Shown here: in pieces, positions 12,363 through 25,199 of the stretch
How positions within the stretch are numbered: the first letter of the stretch is position 1
Layout: every line of letters begins with the position of its first letter
DNA from: Pavona decussata
Lineage: Eukaryota
Assembly (NCBI GenBank): GCA_977016875.1
Contig: CDRNST010000188.1
Coordinates: 620,001 to 684,000, forward strand
Direction of reading: 5' to 3'
DNA length: 64,000 bases
Notes under the pieces: generated by a model
Databases searched by the model: none
Told to the model about the DNA's origin: nothing
The model's input: only the letters and a program-made list of their open reading frames with translations
Position numbers and translations under genes: made by a program

Positions 12363-13656
12363 TACAGGGTTGCAGTTAATTTCACGCAAGATATTGCAAT
12401 GCCTGTTTCCGGCAAGCAAATATTACAAAAAGTCAGTCTAAATTGTTCCATCTAAGAAAATCTCTAATTGTTTGACATGCAATCAATTACTCAATGTGCA
12501 CTTTAATTTTCAAAAAAATCTAATAAGTACCCTTCGTCCGGGCAGGATTTCCGCTTGGGATTAGAACAATCGAGTCAGTTGTTGGGTGTCGGGTGGGGAT
12601 GGGGAAGTAAAATCAGCCTTCACTATAACAACAATTATATAGGAAATTTCGTTCAACCAGAACGTTTTGCATCTTAAACATATTTCACTTAACCAGTTTA
12701 AGACAAAGGGGGGATTTTAAGAGCTTCTACTTTGCTCGTACAAATTCCAATAAGTGAAAAGTACGTTTGTTCCAAGTTATAATCTAGCTGCTTTTTTTTA
12801 CTATTTGTAAGTGCCATTCATGTCATTATGTCGAAGCGACTTTGTATACAGTGATTTGTATTTCTGCCTCAGACATTGGTAAACAGGTAAATAGATGCAA
12901 CGTGTTGGGCCATATTGTCGCTGACTTGTCCTCAGTCGTCTGTTATGATAAAGTACGGTCGCCAGGAGACTGGGACGGCAACGCAACGAAGGGGACTGCG
13001 AGAGACGACTGGGAACGAGTCTCTATCGTCGTATAATTTGTGTAGTGTTCTTATACCGTACCTTGGAAAAAACATATTTCCTACAGTCTGAAAAAGGTTC
13101 TCTGTAAGATATTGTAATCTGTTTCTGTTTGAGGAAGAATTCTCAAATCCACACAAGGCTTCTCTTCACTTATCGGCTGAGGAGATGGCTGTAGGGAATG
13201 GTCGGAGTAGAAGTACTTCCAGTTACGAGGGTAGTCTCAATTATTACGGGCGTTAATAAACCACGACTGGAAGATTGCTAATAAATGTTGCTTAGGAGTA
13301 ACACCTTGCAATGCGACAATAAACTAGATAGATACTTTTTTAGGCAAAGAATTCGTGAAAGTTATCATCTTTACAACAAAGCTGTGCGTCTTAAGTCAAT
13401 CTATGGAAATTAAAAATATCACAAATAAAAAAATTGAAATTGTAACACTTATAACAAACAGGTCGAGAGTAAATCTATAAAACTTGAACTACTAAAAAAT
13501 TCGTACAATACAGAATTAACTCTTATATAATAAGCATTTCGCCACGTAGTATTTTTGAACTCCCTCTAAATTATATGTGGAATAGCACAAGTAAAAATGC
13601 CACGAAGTTTATTTGTTATTGTCGTTCGCTGATAATTAGCAATTATTTCACGATGA

Positions 13657-13687
<31 letters not shown>

Positions 13688-14559
13688 TAGGCACGTAGCA
13701 CCGAGCAGAACTGATAATAAGTGGACAATTATGGCTTAGGTATGTTTGAGTTTGTCGCACAAGCGCGAGTGGAATAATTGTTGTATTAAAAACAACTAAG
13801 AAATGTTGCTCGATCTTGCTAGTTTCGCTTTGCAAGAACAACCAGAAAACAATGTAATGGTCGCTATTTCTCGGGCATGATATAATTGTTGATATCCCAT
13901 GGCCGCTAAGCCAATCAAAACTCTGGAATTGCATCGTCCATTGATCACGTTTTTAATAAAATGTATTGGTATTTTGGAAACCAGTGGATAGTGCCTTTCG
14001 TGCGCTCTGATTGGTTCCTCAGACTCAGGATAGTATTTCCTTTTCACATGCTTTATTTGTTTATTTATACACGAACAATTATCATTGTACAATATGAAAA
14101 TTATATAAAAAATTATAGGGAATAGTAACTGGTTTACATGATTGCCGTGTGGGAATCCAAAGAACAGCAGTGCGATTTGCCTTCTTTTTGCAATTGAGTC
14201 CCACTGTCTCAGAGTTTGAACGGCACGACTATTGGAAAAACTACGTTTCATGTACTCCTTTCTAGGCTTAGGTAAGTTTCAGTTTGTTCTTCGAATTTCT
14301 CAAAGCATAATTAGTGTCGTGTTCAGAAAACATGTTGCGAAGTTACACTTGCGGGTGATTATGTAGAGACTCAACATCATAATGGTTTGTGCTTTTTTCG
14401 ATGATAAACTAACTTATCCTACTGAAGAGTGTTAAGAGTAAGAGAAGAACAATCTTGATAACTTGGTTTTGTTTTGACTCTAGCAGTCCGATGTTGAAGT
14501 CTTTTAAGCTTTTCGCCTAAAGGATAACTTAAACCATCACAAAAAGTGTAGCGATAATC

Positions 14560-15260
14560 CAAATGTGGTTGGATGAGGGCATGATAGATTTTTATAGTAG
14601 CTGTGTCTAGGGATATGAATGGCTGCTGTCTTTAAAGGGCACCTATGCCAGAGGATACTGAGAAATTTCACAAACGTGTTTTTTCCAGGTCAGCTTTTCG
14701 TCAATAAAAACGCCTAATGACCTAGTACGCTTCTTAACTTAGTTGATAATTTCCCTCTTAATTTGGATATCCATGGTCATTTGTAACGTTAACCTTTGGT
14801 GGGAAGCTATCAACATAAATTCTGTTTGAGCGGCAGTATTCAGCCAATGAGTTTTAAAAGTTTCATAATCCACAGTTTATCTCTTCTTAAGGGAAATTAT
14901 CAAGATCAGAGACAGCCAGGGCAGTTCTGGTATCATCAGCTTACATCCTAGGCACAGCCCTTCTCAAACGGTTTGAGAAAACGTAGGGGGCCTAGGATGG
15001 ATCACTGATGAACTCTACAACTGACTTGTTTTACCTGAGAAAGACCAATGACCTTACACTTTTGGGTGCAATTGCTAAACCTGACGACTTAAAACACTTT
15101 AACGAGTTGCGATTCATCGCGCAATATAATGTAATGAGTGCAAACGGCCTTTTTTGGGGGGTCTAAGAAAATGACATAATTGAGAAGACGGTTATCAATA
15201 TTCCACATATCCTGGTATTGCCCTAGATTTTGCACGTGAGGTTTTCGGCAGTTTGTGACA
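14560..15260 (-). mobile_element. Degenerate CR1/L2-type LINE reverse transcriptase fragment
   Basis: Paralog at ~53550-54230 translates FLDHPKKA...TQKCKVNG...QGSILGPLLFL (RT motifs); multiple stops and frameshifts. Confidence 0.75.
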
Positions 15261-16468
15261 ATGAAAATTATAGCCTCCTTCGCAGACGCTCTTTGGGTTC
15301 GTCACGCAATCTTTCGTCTGCATCAGAGGGTATGCACTGTCACGCAGTAAAAAAAGAAATCGAAAACCATCTAGTGGAAAAAGTTGAGAAGTTGTGATAT
15401 TATAGAGGATGACTAAAGGAGACAATTCTCCAAATTTCAGGCTTGTACGTCTCCCCAAACGTCAGATATCTGTCGAAATGTTTAGCAGAAATTTACAGAG
15501 CCCAATATGGATCCGCCATCTTGGTGTACCTCCGTGGAACACCAACACGGCGGCCGAAAAATAGTGTTTACATCTGGAACTCACTTTGGCTATTGAGCGA
15601 CTGATTAGCAGTACTGAACACCAAAACCACCGACATAAGCACTTTCTCTAGTGTTCTAACTTCTAAAAGGCTGAAAATAACGAGATAAGCATATTTTTTG
15701 CAACAAAGTCGATCGAAGCTCTTTGTCACGCAACTCCATAACCGTGAAATTCAAACTGCTCTGATTTCCAAACGAAGGACGCTATGGAGCTGTAAAATTT
15801 TAAACAGACATAAATATACGGCGTCTTATGCCTGATGAGGATAAAAACTTTCGAGTCTCTTTAGTTTTGGGTTTTAGGAAATTATGACGTCACATGAATT
15901 CGCTCTGTACGACTGCTTTTTAAATTACTAGCACGTTCTGGCTCACTGGTTTGGCCGATAACTAAATGAATTATTTCACTTTGTGTGCGTAAATAGTGGT
16001 CACCTCGTCGCGAATAACCAGCGGCGATCCTCTACTTTAGTAAGTAATTCATGATTAGTTTACACCTAGGGGTAAACGTCCCCTTAGCTAGTATTATTTA
16101 GTAATCAGCATTAAAAGCCCCACTGCAGAAAAAAACCTTGCAAAAAAATATTTGGGAATATAATACGTCAAGAGGAAGCCTTCCTGTGGCGGTTAAGAGT
16201 TTATAATCCACTTCTACACTTCTAGAAAGTAGGCAATTTGATCAAGTTGTTTTAAAATTTGAAGAAACGAACGAGGGGGGGGGGGGGAGGGGGCACTTTT
16301 GGATCTAACCTGAGAAAAATACAACGCGACTTACGTAAAGATTATCAATAGCACGCATCATATTATTTAACGAAGAATCACGAGAATTGTGGTACCGTGG
16401 AGAACAGTTTCCTGCGGGAAAAACAGTTTGTTCAATATTTTTCGACGATCTTGTAAACTCTGGGTTTC

Positions 16469-17470
16469 TTATTGGATCGTACAGTAAGCCCTAGAAATCG
16501 CTGTCATCCAGAATCGCAGATCTTCCTCGGTGTCTTGAAACACTCTCGTTATCTCTGCAGCACTGGGTCGATTGTCTTTGGTGTACTGTAAGGCATTGAG
16601 AGTTACGTCTTGCATAGCGTTGGATCCTTGCGCGTCGCGTGAAAATACAATGTCGATGTCTGCATCAAATTTTGCCATTGCATACCCCAGACCAATTTTG
16701 CCGGCACGAGGAACACGAACGAACGCACCGTAACATCTTTTTCCATTAATCGTGATGAAATCTCGTTCCAGGATCGCGAAAAAGAGAACACCCAAGGAAA
16801 ACACATCTGCTTTCTCTGTGTAATGCTGGTGATAGAACTCCGGAGCCATCCAGTGTATTGGGCCAGTGCCTGAGGTCATATAGTGCTGAACATAGCTGGT
16901 CGTCCACAAGCCGCCTCGTCGAGTGTTGTTTCGTTTTAGTGCGATGTACTCTCGAGCCAAACCAAAGTCGGCAAGCTTTACATCCTCCTCGGCGGTCAAG
17001 AGGACGTTATCTGGCTTTAAATCGCGGTGAACCACTCCACATGAGTGAAGGTAAGCAAGGGCAGCCGCTGTTTGACGCATCCATTTGAAATTCATTAAGT
17101 CATTACTTGGTCGAGAAAGGCGCTCGTTCAAGTTTCCTCCTGCACAGTATTCGGTCAAGATTAACATGTGAAGGCCTTGATCATCACGGAACTGGTCTGC
17201 CTCTATCACAGAGATCACGTTGTCGTGACAGATTTGGTTCAACGTTTCCACCTCGCGAATAGCATTATGAATTTCTGGAGCATTTAAACAAAGAACAACT
17301 TTTAACGCATAGACACTGGACGTTTCCTCGTCTCTTACTTTGTAAACGACACCAAAAGCCCCGTTTCCAAGCCTCTGCTGCAGAATCAGTGCGTTGTCTC
17401 CAACGTAAACCCTCTGCGGTTGACGTACAAAGGCTCTTTGCATCATGGCACTGCTCTGTACTCTCTGCAT
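16469..17470 (-). CDS. K2: STK35/PDIK1L-like kinase, CaaX CTIQ
   Basis: 333-aa intact ORF; [37 protein letters not shown]; ends RAYCTIQ*. Confidence 0.92.
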   Translation of the reverse strand: MQRVQSSAMMQRAFVRQPQRVYVGDNALILQQRLGNGAFGVVYKVRDEETSSVYALKVVLCLNAPEIHNAIREVETLNQICHDNVISVIEADQFRDDQGLHMLILTEYCAGGNLNERLSRPSNDLMNFKWMRQTAAALAYLHSCGVVHRDLKPDNVLLTAEEDVKLADFGLAREYIALKRNNTRRGGLWTTSYVQHYMTSGTGPIHWMAPEFYHQHYTEKADVFSLGVLFFAILERDFITINGKRCYGAFVRVPRAGKIGLGYAMAKFDADIDIVFSRDAQGSNAMQDVTLNALQYTKDNRPSAAEITRVFQDTEEDLRFWMTAISRAYCTIQ

Positions 17471-17528
17471 GACAATATTGATTCAGAAGTGAAAACAAGA
17501 TCGACAATCAGTTACTCGATTCGATCAA

Positions 17529-17635
17529 TGCGGAAGAATGGTTTCTAAGAAAACCTCTTACTTTCTTAGAAAACAGTACGCTGTGGGGGAGGTGTTGGGG
17601 GAAGGAGGGGGTGTAGGGAGAGAGATAGGGGCTCA
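17529..17635 (-). promoter_or_regulatory. K2 proximal promoter: ETS-like CGGAA, tandem GAS, G-rich tract
   Basis: TTCTAAGAA 17543-17551 and TTCTTAGAA 17563-17571 (11-bp spacer); both sites conserved at 56542 and 56562. Confidence 0.6.
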
Positions 17636-17884
17636 AGCGGAAATGTGTGGTGGGTAGTTAGATCCACACTCTAAACCACATGATCCTGTCTGTTGTTGCA
17701 ATAAAATGTTGAGCTCTCCTCGTCCTGTGTGTGTTTGCTTATTTCGTTTCTGTGGCCATTGAATGTGGTATACTGTGATGAGGTTGCTGGCCCCACGCGC
17801 AGTTTGGCAGAGCCCTGTTAGCCTGATGACCCATTACCGCCTCGTGCGGCGTACGAGGACGTAGGGTTGGACTTTGGGTGACGA

Positions 17885-18031
17885 CAGGCCATTTCCGAGT
17901 TGCTGTGAACCTCATTATGAAAGCGAGGCTTAGTGCAAAAGCTTTTGATATAAAAATTAGTTTTGTTTTCATTGAATGAAAACTAATTTTCATAAGAAAA
18001 ACTTTGCACTTAGCCTCGCTTTCATAATGAG
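17885..18031. mobile_element. Palindromic MITE (aggccatttccgagttg family), right end lost
   Basis: ggccatttccgagttgctgtgaacctcattatgaaagcgaggc...gcctcgctttcataatgag; paralog 57609-57778 keeps the right end caactcggaaatggcctatt. Confidence 0.75.
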
Positions 18032-18269
18032 CGTCTGGATAATGGAAGATATGTGCAATTTAAATTGAATCCGAACAAACAGAATCCAAGTAAACAGAGG
18101 GCGTTCACTAATTTGCATGTGGGAAACAACAGTAAACAATTTTGCTTTAATGTTCTTGTTTGGTGACCCTGAAAATCCGTTGCGACTTAAACTGATTTCA
18201 GTAGTGACCTTCGCTTCTCACAAAAAGTACAAGTCAGCTGTGGAAGTCACTTTAATTTTATTAAGAAAC

Positions 18270-18650
18270 TCTACATACAATTTATTTGTACCAAGGCCAT
18301 TTACTGAAGCTGGAAAAAACAGCTTCCTTAATAGAGAGGCGGTTCTCTGGAATAGTCTGCCTGGTAAAGTCAAAGGTCAGACAAGCTTGAAATCATTTTT
18401 ATTACATTTGTAATTTTTTCTTATATATTTATCACCTTAGTCTCCTATTTATACATTATAGTTCTAATTATCTCCTGTTGTATGTTTTATTATATGTTTC
18501 CACGCTGTACTATATTTGAAATTTTATTCATAAGACTTAATACTCCTGTTTCCCATATTGTATGAGTTATTGTATCGTTTACACGGCTCTCTGGAAGAGC
18601 ATTTTTGTGAAAGGGATTCCGTGTTTAAATAAATGAAGATGATGATGATG
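18270..18650 (+). mobile_element. LINE (CR1/L2-like) 3-prime end
   Basis: ORF2 tail YNLFVPRPFTEAGKNSF..AVLWNSLP...SLKSF followed by aataaa and (gat)n tail. Confidence 0.7.
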
Positions 18651-18664
18651 TATTTCTTCCGCGG

Positions 18665-19105
18665 TATTTTAGATACTTCGTGAACCTCGGCAGCCGTTGT
18701 TCGATGTTTGTCGTACTGTCAAGTATTTAGAGTTATCGCTCGCGTTAATCGTACGGCTTGAAAATGTAACCTTGCGTTCTCGGTCATCTGATTCTACTTA
18801 CCATTGCATACCTAAGGCCAACATTCCCTCCAAACACTGGCTGTACAAACGCGCCATAAAACTTATATCTCCGGCAATCGTGACAAAAAACCCGCTCTAG
18901 GATAGCATAAAAGAGTGCACCAAGGGAGAACACACTCCAACAGCATCACGAAGGTGCAATGTATTAATCACAGGACGCCTTTTAACGCATGGTCGGTGGA
19001 AGTCCACTTGCCAAGTTTCTGCCTAACTGTGAGCACTTAATCATCAACTTTAACCTTCAAAGTTTTGGCTGGGTCTCCAAGGCTTGACCCCCTTTTACAA
19101 TGATT
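18665..19105 (-). pseudogene. Decayed kinase paralog with internal deletion
   Basis: DNA homologous to C-lobe (ccattgcatacc, ccataaaactt, cccgctctaggatagc) joined to N-lobe (ccaagtttctgcctaactgtg); GAS at 19189-19197; deleted in duplication copy 2. Confidence 0.75.
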
Positions 19106-20864
19106 TTTCACACACTATTGACTATTCTTGGATCTGGATAGATCAAATCAGCCAGTCCTTTATTCGCTTCGCAAAGCTGGAGGGCGGTTTCTAAGAAGGC
19201 GCTCATGGTTTTCTAAGATGGGGGCGTGGTTCGGGGGCTGTGAGGTGTGAGAGGGGAGGTGGGGTGCCGGGTAGTTGTAAGCGTTTTATGGCGACGTAAG
19301 GACAGTGGTAGATTCAACTCTGTTGAATCGACGTAGCGCCACAGTTTCTTAAGAAACTTACCCCCTTATTTATGTAGGTCAGATTGTCCGTCGGTATTAT
19401 TTTTCTTCCGCAAGTATACCAAAAACGCTCCTAGAACTGGCTAAATTATTACCGGCTTGTGTGGGTTGATCAGCTTGTTCAACATAGAGGGATTCCTGAT
19501 AAAAATCGTCAAAAGACTTCTAGGAATTTTCAACCTTCAAGCTTTAAAACAATAAAGAATTACCTCTTGCGTAGCGTTCGCTTAGTCAGTGTTGCTGAAA
19601 ATACGACCAGCTTTTGCCCGCTAATTGACAAGTTGACGTTGTTTTTTTCCCTCTGTCCCCTTATTGGTGTTAATTTTCGTCACATCATTGTCAAAAGCTT
19701 GTAGATCCACAACAAATTTTGATAATGTCATGACGAAATTTATCATCTATATAAGATTACCGATGCTTAAAAAGCTTGATGCAATTTGTTATTGCTATTT
19801 TTACATTATCAAATCGCAAACAAAGGAACTTCAATCGCCGGCTCATGGAGAAGAATGCAACTTAAAAAGAGAGTTAACGCAAGAAATAATAGACAATTTC
19901 AGGCTCAGAGACTAAACTTCGAAAACAAGAACTCAACAATACACTGAAGAATCAAACTGTCGAAACTAACCCGTATTCCAGCCGGGATAATTTTCCCAGA
20001 AAAGTCCTCTTTAAAAGCACTGTTTCGGTTACGGTAATTTCAGTCTCGACAGTATTAAATTCGCATTCACTGCCAATTTGCAAGTCGAATCTCAGCAAAC
20101 ATCAACTTTCCGCACTTGAGCCTCGCTTTACTAATCTCTTGTCTTGCCTCATTCAAGAAGTCTAGTTTCGAGTCTGAGTGCTCGCCAATACATGAATGCA
20201 AAACTAAAGTTTTACATTTTCGCCAAATAGCGTCATCTCCGACTTTTCATCCGTCTGTACTCTACTTGATGATAAAAATTAGCCAATGAGCGCGCGAGAA
20301 ATTTGACAGTTATTGTAAAATACTTTATTGATCTAGAAGTATGCAAGCTATAAAATAATCCAAAATGTTTTTTGTTTTGTTTTGTTTTAGTTTTACAATA
20401 TTCTTTGGAATATTGGGGAAAACGTCTCATACATAGCCAGAAAAGTATTGAAAAATCTTAGTTAGACTAATTTCAAAAGAGGTTACCCTCCAGCATACCC
20501 GGTTAACTCTGCATGGGATTTTGACTCCTCATATCCGAAGACCGATCCCTCCTGTGGAAGAGCAGGTGACTTTGTTATCTAACCACTTTAGAAAATTTAT
20601 CAATTTGTTTGAGCGAACCTTTATAAGGAAAAGATTTTGGAAAAAGTGGCCGCCTGACGTGGGTTAAATAACTGCTTCTTGTTTTTGCCTAAGCATGGCT
20701 TAAAACTCTTGCTGCTAAAAATGCTAAACGCGAAATCCAGCTGAACGCCTTGCGAAAACTGTTGTGCCTTCGCTATAAACAGTATAAATTAATCTGCACC
20801 GAACCCAACGAAGCTATGTGTAATTTTTAAAAATCTATCGAAGTTCTTCAAGAAAGTCTCCACG

Positions 20865-21000
20865 TTACATTATCGTACAAAAGGCTCAGAGAACTTCTTT
20901 CGACCAGGACTCAAGTTCCGCTTCTAATAACTGTTCGTGAACCTCGGTGGGGCTTGTTCTATCATCCCTTTCGTACTGCAAGACACATAGAGTGATTCCA
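20865..21000 (-). pseudogene. Kinase C-terminal remnant ending CTIM
   Basis: Minus strand reads ...EVL*AFCTIM*; homologous to the K4 3-prime end; paralog at 59763-59897. Confidence 0.7.
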
Positions 21001-21356
21001 AAAATTTGGAGTTGTCTTTAGTCTTGAAGATACTTTAATTTGATTTAAAACAGGGTAATTCCTTCAGTAATTAAAAGAACAAAATTACTGGTATCAACGG
21101 AAGCCCTCACGCCTAATTACAATGTTAACATTTTTTTAGAAGTACTAAAGAGATCACACACATCAGAATGATAGAAATATAAAACTATTAAAAATCTACA
21201 AAACTACATTGAAACTGATCAAAAACCATGCCGCCATGATAGAAAAATGCCTTTTTTGTTTACTCTAATTTAACTCTCGGTAGTCTAATGTGGTTGCTCT
21301 GTCTAGAAGTCCTTTCGATGCAATCCTTATTAAGATTAAAATAATTAATAAAAATT

Positions 21357-21911
21357 GCAGGTAAAAGCTGATGCACATTGTTTCATCCATTTGAAATTCA
21401 CAAAGTCACTACTCGGTCGAGTTAGGCGCTTGTTTAAATTGCCTCCAGCGCAATACTCAGTCAAAATCAACAGGCGAAGCTGGTTTTCGGAGTCTCTCTT
21501 GATGCACGCTGCTATAAAGTTTATCACGTTCTCATGACGAAGTTGTTGCAGTGCGTGAACCTCGTGTGTGCCATTATAGGCTTCGCAAAGGACATCTTTT
21601 AACGCGAAGTCGGCGGCCGTGTCTTCGTCTGTGACTTTGTACACAACACCAAAACCTCCTTCGCCAATTTTTTCCCTAAGTATAGCCCACTTTGAAAAAG
21701 AGTGATGGCCTGGGTCGAGAGTAACTGCCCAAGTGATTGTGGGATTGTTTGGGGGGACGATGGCTATTGTTATCGTCCCCCCAAACAATCCCACAATCGC
21801 TTGGGCAGCTACTCTCGACCCAGGCCATCACTCTTTTTCAAAGTGGGCTATTAAACATCTTTCGTTAATTTCAATCCGTTTGGGAAGTGGACTGTCAGAG
21901 ATTTGAAACAT
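21357..21911 (-). pseudogene. K3-N: N-terminal half of a kinase, MITE-interrupted, C-lobe deleted
   Basis: ATG at 21911, MFQISDSPLPKRIEINERCL-[MITE]-ILREKIGEGGFGVVYK...FKWMKQCASA, then joins directly to downstream flank. Confidence 0.85.
21684..21849. mobile_element. Near-perfect palindromic MITE with AT target duplication (ISL2EU/PHIS-like by inference)
   Basis: at|agcccactttgaaaaagagtg...cactctttttcaaagtgggct|at; removing it restores codons tgt-tta-ata-ctt. Confidence 0.85.
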
Positions 21912-21924
21912 TTTTACAACGTTT

Positions 21925-22346
21925 CAGACCTCTCAAGTCTCACGATTTTGCCGTGACACTCACGGTTTTCAGTTCAGTCTCACGGTCTCTCGACGAGACA
22001 CAAAAATCTCACGATAAACAGAGTCACAAGCTGACAGGATACAATTTCCTTCTATAATTTCATTTTTGGCTTGCTTAGGTGACTTCCTCGTGCCAATTCT
22101 GTGCAAATCAATCAATTAGTAAACAGCCCTAAGCTCACCCGTCTGTTCGCTGGAAACACAGTCCATGACCATATATAGAAGACATGTTCCAAATTAGGAT
22201 TTCATTACCAGCCTCTCGCATTTTAGTCACGTTTTCAAAATGGCGGAAATTGATGTGGTTACTTGGTTTTGTCTGCCGGTTGATCAATCTCCAGATTTTT
22301 TTACCTCAGTCTCCAGATTTTCGGTGTTTTGAGGTTGAGAGGTCTG
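21925..22346. mobile_element. MITE with cagacctctcaa TIRs, just upstream of the K3 ATG
   Basis: cagacctctcaa...ttgagaggtctg; paralog ~61262-61652 with left end deleted. Confidence 0.75.
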
Positions 22347-22499
22347 CCTTTTAACAGACAAACATGTTTGCCTGGTGCGCTTCCATGTGAACCGGAACAG
22401 TTCCTTAGAAAATGACAATGTGCTCTAAACGTGGAGGAGCTGAAAGGGAAAGATAGGTTGGTGTGAGGGAGGGGTTGAAGGCTTTAGCGAGTCTCTTAA

Positions 22500-22860
22500 T
22501 TACACGAATTCTCGCATAACGGTCGGTTGAAAATGCATTCCGCTTGTTTGAATCGCCACTGGTGCAATACTCAAAAACAGCATGTGGACGCCTTCATAAT
22601 TTTGAAACTGATCTGTTCCTGTCGCCACAATCAGATTCTCGTGATTTATTTGATTCAACGTTTCGACTTCGCGAAAAGTTACGAATTTCCTATGTATTAA
22701 CGCACATGACATCTGTTAACGCGTAGTTGACCGTAGTTGGTGAACGTCCTCACGTCTTTGTACACGACACCGAAAGTTTCTGCCGAATTGTACGCACATC
22801 ATCTCCAACTTGAAACTCTGTTCGCTCACTCGTGAAGACTCGGCTTATTTTTTACACTGC
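22500..22860 (-). pseudogene. Decayed kinase N-lobe fragment
   Basis: FREVETLNQINHENLIVATGTDQFQNYEGVHML homologous to paralogs; frameshifted; paralog ~61820-62200. Confidence 0.75.
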
Positions 22861-23689
22861 TTATCAGACAGTACTGACTGACTGAGAAAACGCTCTCGGT
22901 TTTTCTGATTAAACTGGCGGGGCATGGGGTGGAGGGACTATGATGTCTAAGGGGACAGGCGAGTGGGTAACTGTAAACATTTAAAGGGGGCGTCGTGACT
23001 GCTCAGACAGTCGCTCAATCGACTATTCTCCCTCAAGCATATCAATACAGCCTTTTGGAGCCGCTCTTAGAGCTAACTAAAATCTTGTCGGATTGTGTGG
23101 GTTGATCAGCTTGTCAAAATGCATGGGTTCCTGATGAAAATAGAAGGTTTCCAGGAATTCCACAATTTTTCAAGTCTCCCATTGCTATAAGAAATTTAAT
23201 TATCTTGGAGACGGTTGAATTAGGTCAAGCTTAGGTTGAGTCAGTGTTGTTGGAAATACGACCAGCTATTGTCTTGTAAAACTTTCTTGATCTAGAAATA
23301 TGCGGGTTATAAAATAATAAAAAATGTTCTTTTTAGTTTAACATCGCTCTTTGGAATATACAGTTTATAGATAACGTCTCCAGAAAAGTATAGAACAGTC
23401 TTAGTTACTCTAACCTTCAGTGAAAAGAGGTTACCCTCCAGCATACCCGGCTAGCTCTACATTGGATGTTCACTTCTCATGGGGAAGGGGCTGCCCGATA
23501 TGGGTTTAATTTTTGCTTTTGGATTTGCCTCAACATGGTTCAAAGCTCCTTCTTCAAAAAGATTTAACGGGAAATGCAACTGGACGCCTTGCAAGAACTG
23601 TAGTGCCTTATCTAATTAATTTGCACCGAACCCAACGAAGCTATGTGTAATTTAAACCTATCGACCTTCGTCAAGAAAACTTCTTAGTG

Positions 23690-24664
23690 TTATATAATGA
23701 TACAATAAGGTCTTAGAGCTTCTACCAACAACGACACTTGTTTCTCCTCCAATAGCTCTTTGTGAACATCGGCGGCACTTGGTCGGTCATTTCCTTCGTA
23801 CTGCAAGGCGTCGAGAGTGATTCTTTGCTGATCGTTGGAACCTTGTGCTCGACTTGAAAATTTAATGCTTATGTTTGGATTATGCATCGCCATTGCATAC
23901 CCAAGGCCAACCTTGCCTAAACCACGAACACGCTTGAAGGCGCCATAAAACTTTTTCCCGTTAATGTCGACAAAATCTCGCGCGAGGATAGCGAAAAATA
24001 GAACACCAAGCGAAAATACGTCAGCCTTTTCGGTGTAATGACCATCGAACACTTCAGGAGCCAGCCAGTTTGGCAAGCCAACCGCAGTGTTCATGTAGTA
24101 CTCTGCATAACTGCTCAGCCATGAGTAATCGTCTAGTCGAGCGTCGGTTTTTAGCGCGATAAACTCTCGTGCCAACCCAAAGTCAGCTAACTTTGCAACG
24201 TCCTCTGCTGTCAAGAGCACGTTATCAGGTTTTAAATCGCGGTGAACCACTCCACACGAGTGAAGATAAGCGAGGGCATCCGACGTTTGGAGCATCCATT
24301 GCAAATTCAGCTCTTCACTGCTTGGTCGAGTAAGGCGCTCGTTCAAGTTCCCGCCAGCACAGTACTCAGTCAAAATCAACATGTGAAGGCCTTGGGCATC
24401 AGAGAGCTTGTCCGCTCCTTTGACGGCTATCACATTCTCGTGATAGAGTTCGTTGAGTGTCATAGCCTCCTGAATGGCATTGATAATTTCTGAAGCATCC
24501 TCGCATAATACATCTTTTAAAGCATAAACTGTGGAAGAAGATACGTCTTTTACTTTGTAGACGACGCCAAAAGCGCCATTTCCAAGTGTTCGCTGGATTC
24601 TCAGCCTTTTTGATCCAACTTGAAGCCTTGCATTTGTTGGACGTCTCACAAAAGCTTGCTGCAT
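23690..24664 (-). CDS. K4: STK35/PDIK1L-like kinase, CaaX CIII
   Basis: 324-aa intact ORF with all catalytic motifs; ends RPYCIII*. Confidence 0.92.
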   Translation of the reverse strand: MQQAFVRRPTNARLQVGSKRLRIQRTLGNGAFGVVYKVKDVSSSTVYALKDVLCEDASEIINAIQEAMTLNELYHENVIAVKGADKLSDAQGLHMLILTEYCAGGNLNERLTRPSSEELNLQWMLQTSDALAYLHSCGVVHRDLKPDNVLLTAEDVAKLADFGLAREFIALKTDARLDDYSWLSSYAEYYMNTAVGLPNWLAPEVFDGHYTEKADVFSLGVLFFAILARDFVDINGKKFYGAFKRVRGLGKVGLGYAMAMHNPNISIKFSSRAQGSNDQQRITLDALQYEGNDRPSAADVHKELLEEKQVSLLVEALRPYCIII

Positions 24665-24764
24665 TGCGTCAGTGACTTGAGCTCTTTGGAAATGAATGCT
24701 TTCGGCGAGAATAAAAAATAAATCGTTGTATTAGTTGCGCGCTTATTCTATGGCGAGAAAGGAT

Positions 24765-24819
24765 TTCTTAGAAAAGCGCCAATGTGCCTCATTAGCATAT
24801 TTAACGGCTTTTCCCAGAA
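24765..24819 (-). promoter_or_regulatory. K4 proximal promoter GAS elements
   Basis: TTCTTAGAA 24765-24773 and TTCCCAGAA 24811-24819; first site also retained at 32739-32747. Confidence 0.55.
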
Positions 24820-25199
24820 TTCCCGATTGACTTCCTGCCCAGCCTCCCTGGCACTCAGCCAGCCGTCACAAATTATATGCGGCAGTGAATGAAAGAAAAC
24901 CCAGCAGTAAAAGTAAATACAGATATGTATGTATAGGTAAACATGGATGTACGAATTAAATGCGTTTCAATGAAATTCCTGAAGTCTCCGGTAAGAGGTC
25001 CTCTTCGTCTGGAATATTGAGAACTCTTTTTCGTTTTTGTGTCTACGGCTTCTAGAGAAGCGTAGACACTATGTCATCGGGTTGACTGAAAGAGTGTAAG
25101 AGTGTAAATGCCACAGGAATCCCAAATGGAATCCTATCGAAAGCCGACGCTACTCCTCGACTGACTGGGATCTAAGCGATTGTATTCGCGGATCAGGAC

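Larger units (their letters stand above)
12975..24609 (+). repeat. Segmental duplication, copy 1 (~12 kb; partner 51932-64000+)
   Basis: Colinear high identity from acggcaacgcaacgaagggg to the window end; copy-specific indels. Confidence 0.95.

Noticed and set aside
21684-21849. UGA plus hairpin as a selenocysteine or readthrough signal
   Set aside because: The hairpin is a MITE, no SECIS motifs are evident, and the gene lacks its C-lobe anyway
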